Of a stretch of DNA of 64,000 bases, positions 60,667-64,000 are shown piece after piece (the stretch's first letter is position 1; each line of letters starts with the position of its first letter). Both the position numbers and the translations under genes were made by a program. This stretch comes from Eledone cirrhosa (lineage: Eukaryota). The stretch spans positions 67,766,001 through 67,830,000 of the forward strand of contig OZ024745.1 in NCBI GenBank assembly GCA_964016885.1, given 5' to 3'. The notes beneath the pieces were generated by a model, which saw only the letters and a program-made list of their open reading frames with translations, was not told the DNA's origin and did not search any database.

Positions 60667-63600
60667 GTCTACCATAGTGAGATTTGAACTCTGAACGTAA
60701 AGGGCCAGAACAAATAAAGCAAGGCACATCTTGTCCAACACTAACAATTCTTATTTTACCAACCTCACAAGGATGAAAGACAAAGTTGATTTGGACTCAT
60801 AGTGCAGTGATAATTACAAAATGAAAATTCAAGCTTCCACCCATGCAGGTTTAGCTGGCCTCCAAAAAGGATGTATCTCAGCAGTTCCTTGAGTTTCTTA
60901 ATGATAGGGTCGTCCTCAGTGCTACCATAAAAAGCAATGAGAAATGAAGCATGTTACCCTAAAACACAATGTGCCGTCCAGTTATAGAACCCACAACCCT
61001 ATGATCATGAGTCAAACATACTAACCAACTAATTACTAGGCTATGTGACTTCAATGGCTTAGAGAGCCAAAACAGATACCATAATAACATTCTAGAAGAG
61101 TTTCTTTTTGATATCAACATAGCTGTCACTAGCTCATACAAAGGTCAATGTCTTTGTCTCCTCTACCTACCTCACTAATTACTTTCTATTAAATCAACAA
61201 TACATATACAATGGATTATATTTAATTTATGCTTCTTTAAATGTTTCACAGTTGTTATACAGGGTGAAAAGGTGGCAAAACTTGAAGAGTTGCCTCAGTA
61301 TTTGTTCCAGTTCACTACACTCTGAGTTTAAATTCCACCGAGGTCAATTTTGCCTTCCATCCTTTTGAGGTTGAGGTGAATAGATAATGTAACAGTCTAG
61401 TACAATTCTGGTTCAATTCTTCTTCTCTCATTCTCTCTATCTTTCTTTTTCTGGAAGAAATTAGCTGAATTCAGACATGGAGAGGGATGTGCTCTACCAA
61501 TTTTAGGAGAGCGCTTCTATGAATCCATACAAAGTTAAGGACTCTTACCGTACTTATTTATACAGGGTGAACCAGATTTCATGCACCATAGGAATAAAGA
61601 AATTATTGGGCTTATATTTATTTAACTTTTAATATCCTATGATAATTTAGTAGAAATTGTCTAAAAACAGTTTGTTAATTCAAATATTTATAGTATCTTT
61701 ATTAGTGGACAGATCATTGTGAAAATTTGCAGTATTAGACTAAAGACTTTAGTTTTCATAGTGCTGTTTTGTACTTTCAAAAAAGTCTTATTAATGCAAT
61801 TTTATGCAGAACAGGATGTTAAAAGTTAATTTAATTTGATAGAAACAACATTTGGTTCGTTTGTGAATCATTGAAGAAATTCGGAAAAAAAAGTTTGTTT
61901 TTTGGGAAATTGCCAGAATGCAATTAAAAATAATAGTTGAATAAGTTGGGTTAAATTCGAAAAAAAGTGAATAGAAATGTCTTCAAGAATTGAACCATAC
62001 ATACATCAGCATATGTGGTTTGATTCCTGTGTTTCTCTCAACTTTCTTTTGTCTCTAGGAGTAATTCAACCATCATTTATTGTTATCTGCATTGTGGCAG
62101 CTTCCCAAAAAACAAACATATTTACAAATTTTAATTTATAAAAAATTGTTGTTGTAATAACTAACATTTAGGTAACAAGACCATTAATAATGGTTTCTGA
62201 TCTAGGCACAATTTGAGGAAAGAAAAGTCAATTAGATTTACCCCAGTGCATTACTGGTACTTTATTTTATCAACCCCCATGAGGATGAAAGGTAAAGCTA
62301 ACCTCAACGGGATTTGAACTCAGAACGTAAAGGGACGTAACTCTATGCTGTGAAGCATAGTGTCTGATGCTCTACCGATACTGCCTATCCTTTTTTTTTA
62401 TAATAAAACATTTCTTTTACTGTTTTCATATTTACATACATGATGATGATGATGATGATGATCTATTGAATTGCTATATAATTATAGTAAGTAAATTCTG
62501 ATCCATACATTTCACAGATGATTCGTAAAATCTATTTTACCTCATGGAAAAGAAATTTACAGCTTCTACAAATGCAGGTTTATGCAGCCTCATACAGGGT
62601 TGCATCTCATTTCTTGTACATTTTTATGATAGGGACTCTAGGGACTCTAGTCCTATCATGAAAAGCAGCAAAAAAACTGTATATATACTATTGTATTTTC
62701 ATGGTAAAGGTTTTACATCACAGTATATCGAATCTATGAGATTTTGATACTATTTGATACTAACATCAGTATGAGTGGCCAGTTACGACCAGTTTGAACA
62801 GAAAGAGGTGAGAGAATTCTGGCTGGATATGGCCAGTTTAAATGCTAAAGAGTTAAAGGAATCAAACCTGCAACCTAACCACTTGGCCACATGGAGAAAA
62901 AAAAATCCTTGTTGCCAATATGAGTAGCACTTCTTTAATATCTTCCAACCCATCAAAATCTCTCTCTCAATCAACTCTGCATTTCATCTATTTGGGAATT
63001 AATAAATAAAATATCAGGCCACAGTTAGAGTGTTGGACAAGTAGCCTTGTGGTATTTGTTCCAGCTCTGTGTGTTCAAATCTAATGTAGCTGAAGGGTAT
63101 TTTTATTTTATTTTTTTTTTACATAGGGTGCAGTTTGAGGGAGAGTTAGCTGTTTTTTTTCTAACATATAGAGCTCATTCATTATCTTTGTAGTAGCATA
63201 TGATAATATTCCTGCTATATCAATTAGCAGTGATAATAACTTCCTGTAATGTATTGATTAGTTAAGTGTATAATAACTACTGTAATAACAACCAAACCTG
63301 ATATTTCTAACATTTTACTAATTATCTCTAGAGCTCTGACAGCTATTCTCTTTGTATGCTCAGTAGCTTAGCTCATTATCACCAACTTAATATTTAAAGT
63401 GTTGTTGGAGTTTATGGGAGCAAAACATGGGTGATGAACGTGGAGCAGCAGAGATGACTTGAAAGAACAGAAGTGAGAGTGGTCTGGTGTATAAGTGGAG
63501 CATTGCTCAAAGAGAGGAGGAAGACAAACAATGCATTGATGAAGACGATGGGAATAGAGCCAGTGATGAATGTTGTGAAGAGAAATCAAATGAGATGGTT

Positions 63601-64000
63601 AGGGCATGTGTTGAGGAAAGATAAAAGTGACTGGGTGAGAGAAGTAATGGAAATGATTGTGAAAGTAAGTTGATCAAGTAAGAAATATCTAAAGAAGATG
63701 GAGAAGGGTTAGTGAGAGGGGATGCAAAGTTAACTTCTGCTTTATCAGGGAAACTGGTCTTAAAACACTTGCGTTGTTCGAGTTTAGCCCAGGTCTATTC
63801 TTAACAGACAGACCTATGATTAAAAACATTCCAAATATGTTGGTAATTTCTAAATATGTATAACTACAGTCAACGTAGAGCAGATATATAAAAAAAATTG
63901 GGGGAAAAAAGCAATCCGTACAATGGTTTTAGTCGTTAGACTGTGGCCATGCTGGGGCACCTCTTTGAAGGAATTTAGTCGATCATATCCACCTCAGTAC

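Overview
AT-rich, microsatellite-dense animal genomic DNA; the repeat landscape suggests a coleoid cephalopod such as Octopus (inference). There are two minus-strand genes. (1) Medium-chain acyl-CoA dehydrogenase (ACADM): 11 coding exons from 26811 to 1049 splice in frame to 369 aa, and the last ~45-50 aa lie off the left edge. (2) A ZNF800-like C2H2 protein encoded by one uninterrupted 2036-aa ORF (43603-49713) with several internal tandem repeats. The rest is tRNA-derived SINEs, RTE and CR1 LINE fragments, a decayed mariner, TTAA-bounded MITEs, Helitron-like elements and three minisatellites. The main unexpected signal is a set of type I hammerhead ribozyme motifs (CTGANGA...GAAA...UH with paired stems) from at least four families that appear unrelated outside the core. 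Most lie near (TA)n tracts and two families are duplicated in inverted orientation, consistent with Penelope-like/retrozyme-type elements. Two copies are sense within ACADM introns. There is also a ~700-bp inverted copy of sequence from 38 kb away, embedded in a SINE. All alignments and folds were done by eye; repeat boundaries are approximate.
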